Below are positions 12,640 to 24,204 of a stretch of DNA of 64,000 bases, one piece after another (position 1 is the stretch's first letter; every line of letters starts with the position of its first letter). The translations under genes were made by a program, and so were the position numbers. The notes beneath the pieces are model-generated. The model ran no database searches and was not told the DNA's origin. It was given only the letters and a program-made list of their open reading frames with translations. Source of the stretch: Anthoceros angustus (taxonomy: Eukaryota; Plantae; Anthocerotophyta); contig MU008179.1 of assembly GCA_010909165.1 (NCBI GenBank), forward strand, positions 930,001-994,000. Reading direction: 5' to 3'.

Positions 12640-15600
12640 TGTGGCGACTTTTGATAGCCGGTAGCGCACAATCCGTGTCGTTGTAGGAAGAAGTCCGTTC
12701 CCAAAGGAATGATAGGCTCCGTTTGCGCGTTTGGTGATTCTTACCTCACTTGCGCTCGTTCGGCCTCACACGCCTAACTACCTAGCGTTCACCCGGCCGG
12801 TATGGCCAAGCGTTTAGACCGTTGGTCGTATCGTTCACATTCGCCACTCACACCGTCCTTTCCTCTCTCCTCACCTCACTCCTCGGTCTTAGAAAAGGCC
12901 GGGTTACAGTCCGGACCTCCTCGTCGTTCAGGGCCTCTCCGTCCGGGCTCTGCGCCCTCCGAGTTCCTCCGGCTCACACGTTCCGGTCCGTTCGGTCTTG
13001 GGGCGGCTCGGGAGCAGTCGATCACCCTTCCTGCACACCACAACACGTTAGGTCCGTCACGGGACCGATCAATCTCCCGGGCGCCGTGCACGCTCGGTGA
13101 CTCGGGACTCACGTTAGCAAGAAGACACGGTGCAGGCAGCGGCATCAACACCAAGAAAGATGATTTATTCGGTGGCCTTAGCCCTCTTATACTCGCCGGT
13201 CGGCGCCTTTATTACCTCTATTGAGGCATTTCGGTGTGCCTAACACTACCTCCCTATTCCGCCTATCTTGGTCGGTGGTGGGGTGGGATATTCATTCCTT
13301 CTTGGCACGGCCAAAGCCGAGCCATTGCGCGCAATCGGATGATCCGAGGACCCTTCCTCTTCAGAGTGCATCTGCGCCGGCGGCACGACAACGCGATCAC
13401 CAAGTCTTCCTCGTCCTCCCTCTTCTCTCTGGCGGGCCCTGCGCGATGGGCCCTCAAGCTGGATCTGCTGGGGTGAGGTGGCTCTCCCCACTCCCAGTTT
13501 GGACCTCGGGACCACCTCGACTCAGTCCGGACCTCTAGGTCGGTCTTCCCTCCGGTCCGGTCTCTGGCCGGCCTTCTTTAAGTCGGTCCTCGGGGCCGGA
13601 CTTCCTCTGGGGTCGGTCTTGGACCCAACCCTTCCCACAGGGTCGGACCTCGGGTCGGATTACTGGAGTCTGGATCCCTAAGTCCGGACTTCCTTGAGGC
13701 GGACCTCGGGATCGGCCTTTCCTCGAGTCGGACAAAGTCAGGACCCTCGCTCTGGGCATGCCTCCTCAGGGCTGTCACGGGTTCATCACCCAGCCCTCCT
13801 TGGTTCCCGAATGCCCGGTTGCACCCTTTCCCTTCCTCTCAAGATCCTCCTCTCCTTCCATGCGAGGGTCCGGTGCTTACCTCCGGTGTGGCGCCCTTCC
13901 TCCTCCGGTTCCTCCGGCTGCTCTCCTCCTGCTGTGTCATCAAGCAGCTCCTAGGACTCCCGCGGTTGTCTTGTCCGGTCCGTCCTCTCTCGCTCCTCCT
14001 TCCATCCTTGGAGTCCACCCTCCTGCCTGGGGTGGCGCGGGACCTCAGGCCTTGAGGAGCTCTGGTGGTAGTAGCGGTCGGAATCGACTTCTGAATCGCC
14101 TCCTCTACATGAGCCGGAGCACCGGTACTCCCTCCTCAGGTGCTCCAGGCGGATCGCCCGGCCTCTTGCTGTCCGTGGCCAAGCTTCATTGTGGTAGGCG
14201 GACTCCTTGAGGCCGTCAAGGTGCCTCGTTACCTCTTGCAACCTTTCTGCTCGGCGTTCTCCTCCTCCGTCGTTGTTGGCTCCGCCCGGTTGCGGGCCAT
14301 GGAGGTGAGCTCCCCCCTTCCACAACCGGACGAGCAGCGAGCCTCTCCTCGGTGCTTTCTTCCCTCTCTATTCTTTCCGAGGTCCCACTTCCTTCTCCAG
14401 GCGGGCGGTATCCCGTCAAACTCACAGCTTCCTCCACATCCTGCAACCTTGCGGCGTCGAACTCCTTGCGCGCCTATTCTCCCTCTTAGCGGGCTGGGCG
14501 TTCTACCTCTCGCTCGAAGTCTTGGATTCTCTCGTTGAGAACCCCCTGCTGCTCCGATGCATCTTGGAGTTGCAACTCCAAGGTGTCCTTGCTGTCCTCC
14601 AGCTCCTGCCGCCGCCCTTCTACCTCCTGCAGCTGCACCCTGAGGTCCCCAATCTCCCGGGTGCTGGCCTCCAGTGCCTCCTCACGGCTCGACCGTGCTT
14701 GCTCCGCGGCCACTTGCTCGGCCTTCAGATTGGCCGTGGCTCTCTCGGCCGCCTCCCTCCACCGGTTCCGATCACGCCTGGTGATCGCGATCGGCCGCCG
14801 TGGCCTCCGCCTCCTTGGCCACCTTCACACGAGCCTCTCGGCTTGGCTCTGGTCGTCTGCCTCCGCGAGATCCGCGCCCGTTACGCTTGCGCCGGGCGTC
14901 CTCGCTTCTGTGCGCTCGCCCCTCTGCTGCGGAGGTCCTCCGCCCGGCCTCGCCTGCCCTGTTCCTCCGGTGAAGGAATTTGGTCCGGTCCTTGCGGATG
15001 GACGGACCTCCCTCTCCGCCTCCGGCGTTTCCTTCCTCAATCGGCCGAGCTTGGCCTTCCTTCTCGCCTCACAGGCCCTCAGCTGCTCACTGGAGGTACC
15101 ATGCGCCTCGGGTGGCTTCTACCTCCACAGGTCTTCTCGGCCATCCCTTGAGACCCAGGCATACCGTCCATGGGTAGCAGGACCCCGCCGTGTTTCTTCC
15201 ACGGCGGCTGTGAGGCTCCCACAAAGTCCGTGGCGGCGGCATCTCACGGTCCGTCAGGACCTCCATACCGTGATCCGGGGCAAGTCGGTGGGTTCTCGGA
15301 CCAATCGGGACCCTTAGGTCACGAGTCTTGGCTCGAGCTTCCCCTCCTTGGCCCTTTTGGCGAGCTCCTTCTCCGCCCTTTTCCTCCACAGGGCTCGGAG
15401 GTGATGGAGTCAGGAGCACGCCCTTTGCCCCTTCACATCGGCGGCAGGACCCGGCTCTGGATCTGCTGCCGGTGTCCTCCTCACAGGCGTCCTACGCCCT
15501 CCTTCTTCCTCCGCTTCTTGCCACTCATCGGCGGGGAAGAAATCTTGGCACCGGCCCAGGTGCAGCGTTGGTAGCCGTGGTCTTGCGTCTCTTGGCTCTC

Positions 15601-17076
15601 TCACAGTCGCGGGGCTCCTCGGGGATGGCGGTGTGCTGAGGCCTTCTGCTTGGGGTGCTGGTTGGGGCACGGAGGAGGAGGCGGGTGCTTCCCATACTTC
15701 CACAGGTGGTGAGGGGTCCGTTCACGTATGGAGTCAGAATCCTCCCGATCGTCCTCCTCCCGAGTCCGTTTGGTTTTGACGACCGGCCTCCTCCCTCCGC
15801 CTGCCGCTCCACTTGGCGGGGCCTCCGGTCCTTTCGGGCGCTCGCTCAAGCTCTCCTTCCTTGAGGAGCTCGAAATGCCCCCATACATGGATCGGTATGG
15901 GGGCCAGATGGCGAGGCTTCTCGGTCACGAGCTTGCGAGCCTCAGCTAAACAGGCGAAGATAATCCTTCCCAGTCCGCCCTCTTCCCATTGCAGCGCGTG
16001 CGAATACCAGATTATCACCAAGGTGATCCACCTTGGTAGTATTCGATGGACAATGATCGGGCCACCGCCCTTACTCGGTATCCAGTCGGATATCGACCAC
16101 CGTTGGTGGTCGTTGCGTCGAGCCTTAGCATCTGTGGACCTATCTTCCCTTGCCTTGAGGGCTCGGCACCACTCCCCTCTTCCTCCTTGGGCGGTTGTAG
16201 GCGCCTCGGGACCTCAAGGTCCATCGCCTTGGGTCCTCCGGAGGTTCTTGGACCGCACCTCCTTTATTGACCGCCATCTTCCCGAAACTCCGGACGGTGA
16301 CTGTCAAATGTCCGGACCATGGAACACATCCAAATGCCACTCCCAATTCTCGCTTCCTGGGCAGGCCCAAAGTCCGGATAGCGCGGGTCACAATGTTGCG
16401 CTCCACAAGGTTCCATGGCTCCCAAACTTCCATGAGCTTTTGGGTGCCATCGCCTTCTCCTCCTTGGTTCTGTGGCCGCTTGTCGGAGGCTAGCAGCGCG
16501 TTGCGCCTTCTTCGCGTTCTTGCTCCGACCTCAGCGGTGAGCGCGCGTCAAGTGTCCACGAGATACCGCCCAGGCGGTGCGGGCGAGGATCGAGGTATCT
16601 CGGCTGTGACCTTCTTCGCGACCACGCCCGGGAGTGCGGGCGGGGCGCCTCTTCCTGTCATGTGCAGTGCTGGCACTCTCGGCCCCTCTGCGCAGCGTAC
16701 TCGGCCTTACGCGCGTGCTCGGCCCCCTCGCCGCGCGGGTCGCGGCGTGAATACCGCTATAACGGCCTGCAGAGTTACGGTCTCGACCAGCATGCCGTCC
16801 TCCACTCGAGTCGTCCGTGGCGTCGCCTAGTCCGTCCTTACGGCTCAACTAAGTTACTTTCACAGCGTACTTATCACGCACGGTCACGGAGTGGGTCCGG
16901 ACTTATCGTTGTCGCGCTGCCGCGTAGGTCTAGATGCGTTCCTCACTCGGTCGGGAGTATACTCAGTGCCGTCCGGTGCTAACGTGCTTATTTCCTCCTT
17001 TTCGCCTCATTTTATCCTTACTCCACAAAAACAAAACCCTACCTAATTTCCTAACCCCCGAAGTCCGTAGTCCACA
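12640..17076 (-). repeat. 5' LTR (4.4 kb) of the Athila-like element, with a second copy of the U3 ORF (~13900-16450)
   Basis: Direct repeat of 2857-7258; the differences are mostly small indels. Confidence 0.93.
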
Positions 17077-18204
17077 TGTTTTAGTAACACATTGGGGAAC
17101 ATCTGAACACCGAAGTCCCGCTGGATTGGCCAAGTCGGGTTTGGCACATCCCAAAAGTGCAAGTTTGTTACAAAGAGATAGAGTATTTGGGACATAAGAT
17201 TGATTGTGGGTGGGAGTCTTTTGTTAGCCAGGTGGGCGAACCTTATGCCCAGCCAAAAGATGTTGCCACCTTGAGGGCCTTCCTGTCAACTACTATCATC
17301 GTTTCATGGAACATGAGGAACCCAAAGTCGTATATTGCTCAAGAAAGGTGCCCTGGCGGTGGGGTCATCGCAGAACAAGCATGGCAGGAGCTAAAAACCG
17401 ATTGACGGAGAGACCAATGCTCGTAAGACCCAACTTTGACAAACTTTTCATCTTATATACTGATCGGAGTACCGGATTGGAGCAAGTTGCTGCAGCGGAT
17501 GAAGAGGGAAGGAGCGGGTTGTCGCGCAAAGTAGGTCCAACAATCTGACAAGCAAATTATTAGTCCTATGAAGGCGAATGCTTAGCAGCAGTGGGCGGTG
17601 TTGCATTTGAGGTATTTGTTTGGGCCGAGCTTCCGACATCACGGACCATCACTACATTGGCTAATGACGAACATGAAGGCGGAAAGCTTGCTAGGTGGGC
17701 ACTCGCTTCGAGACGATGTAAATCGCATCGAGCAAGGTGCATCTCAATGCGATGGCTCAAACCCGTGTGCAACAAAAGAGATATGGAAGCAAAACGACTG
17801 GACTCACACAAAGTTTGCCCAGCTCGTGGCATGTCAAGAAAAAGGTGGAGGCAATCGGCTGAAGGAGGGCGAGACATATGGAAACACCAGCAAGCCATGC
17901 AGTGCAACCAAGGGCATGTGGCTGGGTTGGACATGGTTACGCTCAAGAAACTACAGCACAAAATAAGCCGATATAGTTACTCGGACGGCAAGGTGTTCGT
18001 AAACGATCATGGGATTCTCAAAGAAGTTCCACCTATGGAAGATGAAGCGGTGGTGACCAAGGTGCATAAGCGCTTAGCCACTTTGGTGTTAAACTGGACG
18101 CATCACATGCTTAAGAACATACTGCAGTGGTATGTATCGACGTGGAGAAGGTGGTTGCCAAGTCGCCGCTTGTGATGCCGTAAAGGCCGTGTTTAATAGT
18201 CAAG

Positions 18205-18840
18205 ATGTCATCGCACTCATTACCTATCGGGGGCTTTTCTTGGATGGTCCGTAGACTTGATGCACAGTGCCGGTTAGCGGGGCAATCGACATGTATGCTC
18301 ATGATAGAACACTTTTCAAAGTGGGTTGAGCTAGCCTTCCTTCCGGTCAGAAGCTCACAGTACACAGCACGAGCCTTCTTGCAGTGTGTTCTTAGTAGGT
18401 ATGGGAGTTGTGCTGAAGTATTGACAGACCAGGGCAATGAATTCAGAGGTGAGTTTCAAGCGCTGCTTGACCGTAGCCTGATTGATCACAGGCGGACATC
18501 ACGAGATCATCCACAAGCTGACGGGTTGGCGGAGCGGTTGGTTCAAACCTTCAAGGATTCGCTTCGCAAATACTGTACCGAAGTTGAGCCTAGTTGTTGG
18601 GATGAGTTGCTGCCATATGTGGCATTGGGTTACAGGATAAGCGTACAGGCGGCCTTGGGTAATTTCAGTCCATATTACATCATGTTCGGTCGAAACGCGG
18701 TGATGCCAAACATTGTAGCGGACACATACTCCAAGCCAGTGAACTGGGCACAGGACCCCGAGGTGTGCTTTTCAGAGTTGCAACAGAGAACAAAGTTGTT
18801 CCAACGGGTAATGCCGATGGCGATGGACAATCCGCCATAG
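18205..18840 (+). CDS. Integrase core (rve) of gypsy A
   Basis: MIEHFSKWVEL, VLTDQGNEFRGEF, HPQADGLAERLVQTFK, WDELLPYVALGYR, SPYYIMFGR. Confidence 0.93.
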   Translation: MSSHSLPIGGFSWMVRRLDAQCRLAGQSTCMLMIEHFSKWVELAFLPVRSSQYTARAFLQCVLSRYGSCAEVLTDQGNEFRGEFQALLDRSLIDHRRTSRDHPQADGLAERLVQTFKDSLRKYCTEVEPSCWDELLPYVALGYRISVQAALGNFSPYYIMFGRNAVMPNIVADTYSKPVNWAQDPEVCFSELQQRTKLFQRVMPMAMDNPP

Positions 18841-19092
18841 CACCGGATCAACTTAGGTATGCTTCACAAGGTGGTTCGTGGAAACCAAAAGCAAGAAAGT
18901 TTGAAGTGGGAGATTTCGTGTTCTGACGACCGTCCGGCAAGACGTCGGCCGTCGCTTAATCTTACGCCAGTGCGACGGAGAGCAAGGTGTAATTGAATTA
19001 GAGGGACAGGATGGTCGCCGATGCAAAGAGCACATGCGGCATCTGGCGCCTTGTCACCTACCCAACCTTGACACAAGGACGCAACCACAAGC

Positions 19093-19260
19093 GTGAGGCC
19101 ACCAGTTGACCTACCTTGCGGTTCTTGTGGCCACATCACAGATCCTGAACTGATGCTCCTCTGTGACCAGTGTAACGGTGGGTATCACATCTTTTGTTTG
19201 CGTCCACCGCTCAAAGAGATTCCGGATGGAGTTTTGCCATCGGTGCCTTCACGAAATTCT
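19093..19260 (+). CDS. PHD finger at the pol C-terminus (gypsy A)
   Basis: PCGSCGHITDPELMLLCDQCNGGYHIFCLRPPLKEIPDG = C4HC3 PHD pattern; the last CxxC is displaced by a frameshift. Confidence 0.9.
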
Positions 19261-19271
19261 GGGAGCTCGCA

Positions 19272-19797
19272 TGTCACCCGCCCGTGAGTCGGGCTCGGCC
19301 ACAAGAAATTAGGGTTACCCACAAAAGCCCGGTCGTCGTTGTCTGGGCAACAAACGCGCGACAGCGTGTGGAGAGTGAAGGGGTGACTGAAGCGGGTAAC
19401 ACGAGGGAGAGTGTGAGATTTGTTGAAGAACCAGGCTCCTTGTCTAAAGTGGGGTTTCGGGCCGTCACGGGTGTGGCCGGTGGTGAAGGGACAAGTACGG
19501 TGGAGTGACGAAGAGGTCTTGGGGGCGAAGAAGCACCGGCGGCTCAAAACCAATCGAGATTGCACAACTGAGGGATTGTCGAGCGCCAACAAGGCGCATC
19601 CACCGATCTGCGAAGGAGAGCAAGCTAGCGAAAAGGGTGGCAAGCATCGATTGGTGCAATTGTGTTTCAAAGGCGGTAGCGTATCGCGTTGTGGGATCTC
19701 AGCGTATCGTGGAGCGGTGAAGGCCTAGCTAACGAGAGCGTGGGAGTTTCCGTCGGTGAAGAGTTGTTAAGGCGCCATGGTGCCAAAACGTCCGACA
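19272..19797 (+). repeat. Putative 3' LTR of gypsy A
   Basis: Begins TGTCA just after the PHD and has a possible end ...CGACA. No second copy in the window to confirm it. Confidence 0.35.
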
Positions 19798-19853
19798 TTC
19801 ATTGCCGCATAGCGTGGTCCGTTTGCTTTGCAGCTGCTAAGGGGAATTGACTC

Positions 19854-20690
19854 ATGCAGGGTGTCACCGGTTGCCAAAAGGGGGCACGCTTGCTTTGTCG
19901 ATGCCTGCTAGGCTTGGGGACAAGTAACCCTACCTTCGTGAGGATAGTTGGCTTGTTATGGATCCAGAGGCGGATTACACCTGCAAAACTTGCTTTCGAA
20001 GACTGCAGCATAGTGTTCCTCAATTTCCTGAATGTCCTTGGGAGGACAAGTGGCGGGTTCCTTTGGTCCGCAAATACAATCAGGAAAACCGGAGGCGAAA
20101 CATTCCTGGAGCTACAAGCGTTTTTGCTATATGTGGAGTCTCATCATGAGGCATGTAACATCGAGAACTTCCCGTATGATCACAGGGATTTGTTTGAGCT
20201 TGCAGGGCGAGGTATGAATAGACAGACATTTGTCTGGACCAGTTACTGTGAGGGAGCGTTTCGAAAGTTGGAGCATCACCTATTCATGCACCAGGTTTTT
20301 GATCACTGGCCTCAAGAAGGATTTCTGGTTTACAAACAACGAGAGAAACCTGCCGATTTGCGCAGTTTGAAAGTGTGGCTCAGCCACTTGCATCGGGAGA
20401 AAGCGGGGCGGTATGCCATTGGCTACCCAAGAGCCTTTTATCGGCTGTTTACATGTCTACGGACAGGGATTCTGGAGTGGGATGAACCGACCTCTGAATG
20501 CTGGTACTTGTTAAATAACAATGTTGGCGATTTATTGTGTGCTCAGTGTATTGAAAAACAATACTACGTGAATGGGTTGAATGGACCGGTCTTGCCGAGT
20601 AAAAGCAGACTCGGCGGTGGCGAAGAAGAGGCGTGGCTCGTCATCGAGCTAGAGAGAAGCGGGGAAAAGCATGGTGGGCGAGTACTTTGA
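19854..20690 (+). CDS. Intact 278-aa ORF, apparently tandem diverged RT thumb/connection-like repeats
   Basis: Uninterrupted ORF. Repeats ELQAFLLYV..IENF..DLFEL..FVWTSYCEGAFRKL and KPADLRSLKVWL..GYPRAFYRLF..LEWDEPTSECWYLL resemble the gypsy ELRSFLG..FI.NF...PL..L..F.WT.EC..AF..L segment. Confidence 0.5.
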   Translation: MQGVTGCQKGARLLCRCLLGLGTSNPTFVRIVGLLWIQRRITPAKLAFEDCSIVFLNFLNVLGRTSGGFLWSANTIRKTGGETFLELQAFLLYVESHHEACNIENFPYDHRDLFELAGRGMNRQTFVWTSYCEGAFRKLEHHLFMHQVFDHWPQEGFLVYKQREKPADLRSLKVWLSHLHREKAGRYAIGYPRAFYRLFTCLRTGILEWDEPTSECWYLLNNNVGDLLCAQCIEKQYYVNGLNGPVLPSKSRLGGGEEEAWLVIELERSGEKHGGRVL

Positions 20691-20849
20691 TCCAAGAAAG
20701 GCGGGTGGCCGCTTTGTTGGCCATGAGCATGAGCGACCTCAGAACCCCCAATTACGCGATAGCATGTTTGAAGGTTTTATCGTAGGTTCTATGGATTTGA
20801 ATGCCAAAAGTCTGCTCGCAGAATCATGACCGCTCTTTGGCGGGGTGTC

Positions 20850-21502
20850 AGCCGCTTTGTTAGCCTAGTAATACGGTTTATCTTAATCGTTGTGAGTGCA
20901 ATTTCGTCTTGATTAGCATGGCACATGGCCCTTGTCATGAGCGCTATCTTGCCACCGCGGACAAACGTGGCGACACGGGCGTGGAGCATCTACGATGTCC
21001 GGGTTAATGTGTATGTGCACCATGCGCATGGTCGGCATGGTATGTGTCTCGTGAGCATGTATGTCATGTGCGATATGTGGTGTGGGTGTGTGAAGATAGC
21101 GGCATCAAGGGAACGAATCGATCGGTGAGTCACGGCGCATTATTGCCCAAACGACCGGCGGGCAATATGGCACGACGATTGAGCGCCACGGCGCCCCGGC
21201 GCGGCGCCCGCGATTCAGAAGAACGCCGCGCGTGAGGTAGATAAAAGGGGCATAGGTCACGAGAAACCGGATTGTCGATGTTTGTTCGATCAGCCCATGA
21301 TCCCAAGGGTTTTTCCGTATGGAGCTTTGGTAAAGGGACAGTGACGGTTTGTGCTGGACAAGGACGCTCCCATTTTGGCCGCTAAGACCGCTGCTTTGTT
21401 AGCCTAGTAATACGGTTTATCTTAACTCAGAGTAATTGCCTGATTAGCATGGCACATCAGTCATTTTGATTAGCATGGCATATGGCCCTTGTCATGAGCG
21501 CA
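20850..21502 (+). repeat. Dispersed direct repeat (~95 bp, two copies)
   Basis: gctttgttagcctagtaatacggtttatcttaa...tgattagcatggcaYatggcccttgtcatgagcgc at ~20854-20943 and ~21393-21501. Confidence 0.85.
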
Positions 21503-22869
21503 TGCCACCGCTGTGACACCTACTTCTTTCCCGACTCCGATGCCCAGATCCTAAAAAGTGGACGAGGCTTGGACGAACTACCCAGCTGTGTGATTTCAAA
21601 GGAGAATCGAGGAAGGAGTCTGCCTCTACTTTGCATGATTGATCCGCGTAATGCAATGATATCAAGTCACTGGATTGTGAAGTTCGGCTAAAAATATGTG
21701 ATGGGAGTGCTTGAGGAAACCATACATATGCTATGCAAAGACCAGGACATATCACTGGGAAGGCAAGCCTCCAAAGGATTGAGGCTCATGTGTATTGTGG
21801 TCCGACTATTCCGGAAATGAGAGTCTTAGCCATCGACCACAACACCATGTCCGACAAGAGGCGGAAGATGAATTTTATTGAGGTGTGAGGTATTTGAGAG
21901 AGCTGCAAATCGCGAAGAGGGATGGTGTCAACATGACCATGAACCGGAAATTCAACTTGTACAAGGTGCTTGACCGATCGACGACGAAGGCCGCGAGGAC
22001 GAGCAAGATAAACAGTAACAAGGTAGACAACAGGACCCACATTCTATGCATCTCGGTTGGAAGGCAAAGTGTGGGCGAATGTGGACAAGATATTCAGCAA
22101 GTGGGAGTCCATGGAGTTGCTTAAGCAGTAAACATGTTTGCAGCACAAGCAAGAAGAGCAAGGGCAAACGTAAAGTCACCATGACGGCGGGGGATGGCGC
22201 ATTGTTGAAGCCTAAAGAGATGCAAGGCAAGCCTTGGAGGAGTTTTCAAGGCATCCCACAGGAAAGTGGGCAACAAATGTTGATAAGTGCAGAGAAGGTT
22301 TGTGGGGCTTCGGACCTCAATGGGATGGCGGAAATCACCGAGGAAGAAGTTTCATGTGATTCGGTGGCGATGGCCAAAGCACTTGGGGTGTGACTCATTC
22401 GACCAAGTCCGCAAGAATATCCTCAACACTCTGAGACGAGGTCATCGCAAGATTTCAAAGCGGCGTTTGAGGGAAAGGTAGGTGTCTTTATCCTCTCCAT
22501 TACATTGGAGAGGCGCGGCATGCCGCCACTCGGTTGCTTTCCGAGGGCGGGCGGCGGCATGCGCGCCCCGTCTACCCCCGAGCAGTCGAGGGCGCCCGGC
22601 GCGCATGCGGCGCCGTGCTCCGCCGCGCCGTTGTCGAATGGGGCGAGCGGCATGCGGCGCCCGGTCGGCGATTCTCAAGTGTGATAGACTTGGAGGACTA
22701 ATGGCGCCGCATGCACCATACCCTCCCATTCGAGAAGGTCTCTAGAATGGCGGCGGCCGGGCGCCGGCATGCGGCGCCCGATCTTCCAAGATATGCCTTT
22801 GTCCTGAATGTCCTTCCATTGAATGTCCGTCCGTTATTGACATAATCTTTTGTCGCTTACAAGTAAAGG

Positions 22870-23790
22870 ATGTGGATGACCGAAGAAACTACCGGGCTTT
22901 TCAAGCTTTTGTGCTTGAAGTGCACATGGAAAGGCTTGGAGGAGGAGCGAGGGCTATGGCGGACATGGACATGGAAGAAGGCCCGCAATCTTTCACAGTT
23001 CGACAACGAGAATATTGTGAAGTACCGAGGTTATGGCAAGGGATATCGTTGACATGAGGGGCTTCCTAGATTCGAAATACACATTGATGGTCATGGATGT
23101 GCCCGGATTTAACAAGGGAAAACATGATGTCACTATGGGCTTCGGCGGTGAGTACAGTTTCCATGCTTTCCATGATATGACAAGTTGCGATGAGATACGG
23201 ATGATAGTCATGCGGTGTGGAGGAGCACCACCACGGTGAGGAGGCAATGCGGAGTGGTGCCGGGAGGTTGGTGTCATTTGTATGGGACAAGACTAATATG
23301 CGAACGACCTAGGGGCTACGACCGGAATACATTACTTGGGTGGGGCTTAACGCCCTGCTGGCCAAAATTTCCATGCTCCCCAATAATGTCGAGGTTCCTT
23401 CAACAACGGACGTGCGGTCATTGGGCATGACAACGTCGTGAAGAAGGCTATACACATCCCTCGATAAAATTTGGTGGTGTGTGCGTATCGAGGCCATTGG
23501 GCTGATGATGAGAATCATCAAAACTTCTCGAAGGAGGAGATTGGATTTTAGGCGTGTGCGAAGTGGATCGACAACGATGGCGCTCTCCTATGCGGTCGAA
23601 TTGCATTCTTGTGGATGTGGACAAAGCTGCCTTGAGTTCATACATCGGAGGATCCATGGATATGAAGTTTTGCGGGGCCGATGAGGAGTTGACCCACGAG
23701 CCTCACGCCGGTCCAACTCGATTCAGGCTAAAGAAGTGACATTGTCGGAAAAGGTTTGTCACAAGCTCAAGTTGTTTCTTTGGGGTCTTC
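22870..23790 (+). pseudogene. Beta-class N4C/N6A DNA methyltransferase-like gene, copy A (frameshifted)
   Basis: YTLMVMDVP-GFNKG (23078-23118), SFVWDKTNM, FNNGRAVIGHDNVVKK, VVCAY.RPLGLMMRIIKT.SKE.DWIL..CA.SGST, NCILVDVD, RIHGYEVL, KEVTLSEK..QAQVVS. Colinear with copy B. Confidence 0.75.
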
Positions 23791-24204
23791 CGGGAAAGCG
23801 CCGATAGAGATCCTTGACGTTGGGCAGCAAACATTGGACAGTGTGGCCTCCAGCGGACAAGCCATCGGGTTGTGGAGGTGGCTCCTCGGACACGAGGAAA
23901 TATCATGGAGGAGACAACTTTGAAGACCAGATCATGCTGTCGAGACCGTAGAAGTAGTCATGGATAGCGTGTCAGGCGGTGCCTGAGTCCAGCCTTGTTT
24001 GTGATCGTGCGAGTAGGTATTTCTTTGTTTCATGGGTTGAAAGTTTTATGTGTAACGATTTGCGAGCGGAGGCGGCATCGGCGCCTTCACCTTCAAAGCC
24101 TTTAACGACTTCGTCCAAAACGCCTATTTCGAAGGCAACCACCATAACTAGAGGCGTATTTCTCGAACTAATGCAAAGTGAAATTGCATTGAGATATGAT
24201 CAAG

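Larger units (their letters stand above)
2857..17076 (-). mobile_element. Full-length Athila-like (non-chromovirus) Ty3/gypsy retrotransposon with 4.4-kb LTRs
   Basis: 5-bp TSD TGTTT at 2852-2856 and 17077-17081. Both LTRs read TGTGG...CCACA. PBS and PPT are in place, with gag-pol between the LTRs on the - strand. Confidence 0.93.
1440..19797 (+). mobile_element. Ty3/gypsy LTR retrotransposon A (5'-truncated): DNMT-RT-RNaseH-INT-PHD, interrupted by nested element 2857-17076
   Basis: Frameshifted but ordered domains. RT N-part 2390-2856 (IVDKRCKEL, KKDEHGEWKD, CGDYR, YPMPTP, YFTTLDFRSG, PFG..KNA). RT resumes at 17077 (VFSNT..EHL, KEIEYLGH, LRAFL). RNase H ~17410-17760 (RPNFDKLFILYTD, NY.SYEGECLAA). 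Integrase ~18000-18850. PHD 19093-19260. The right boundary is tentative. Confidence 0.85.

Noticed and set aside
19093-19287. Host PHD-finger gene fragment
   Set aside because: Directly follows integrase in both gypsy elements, so it is part of pol.
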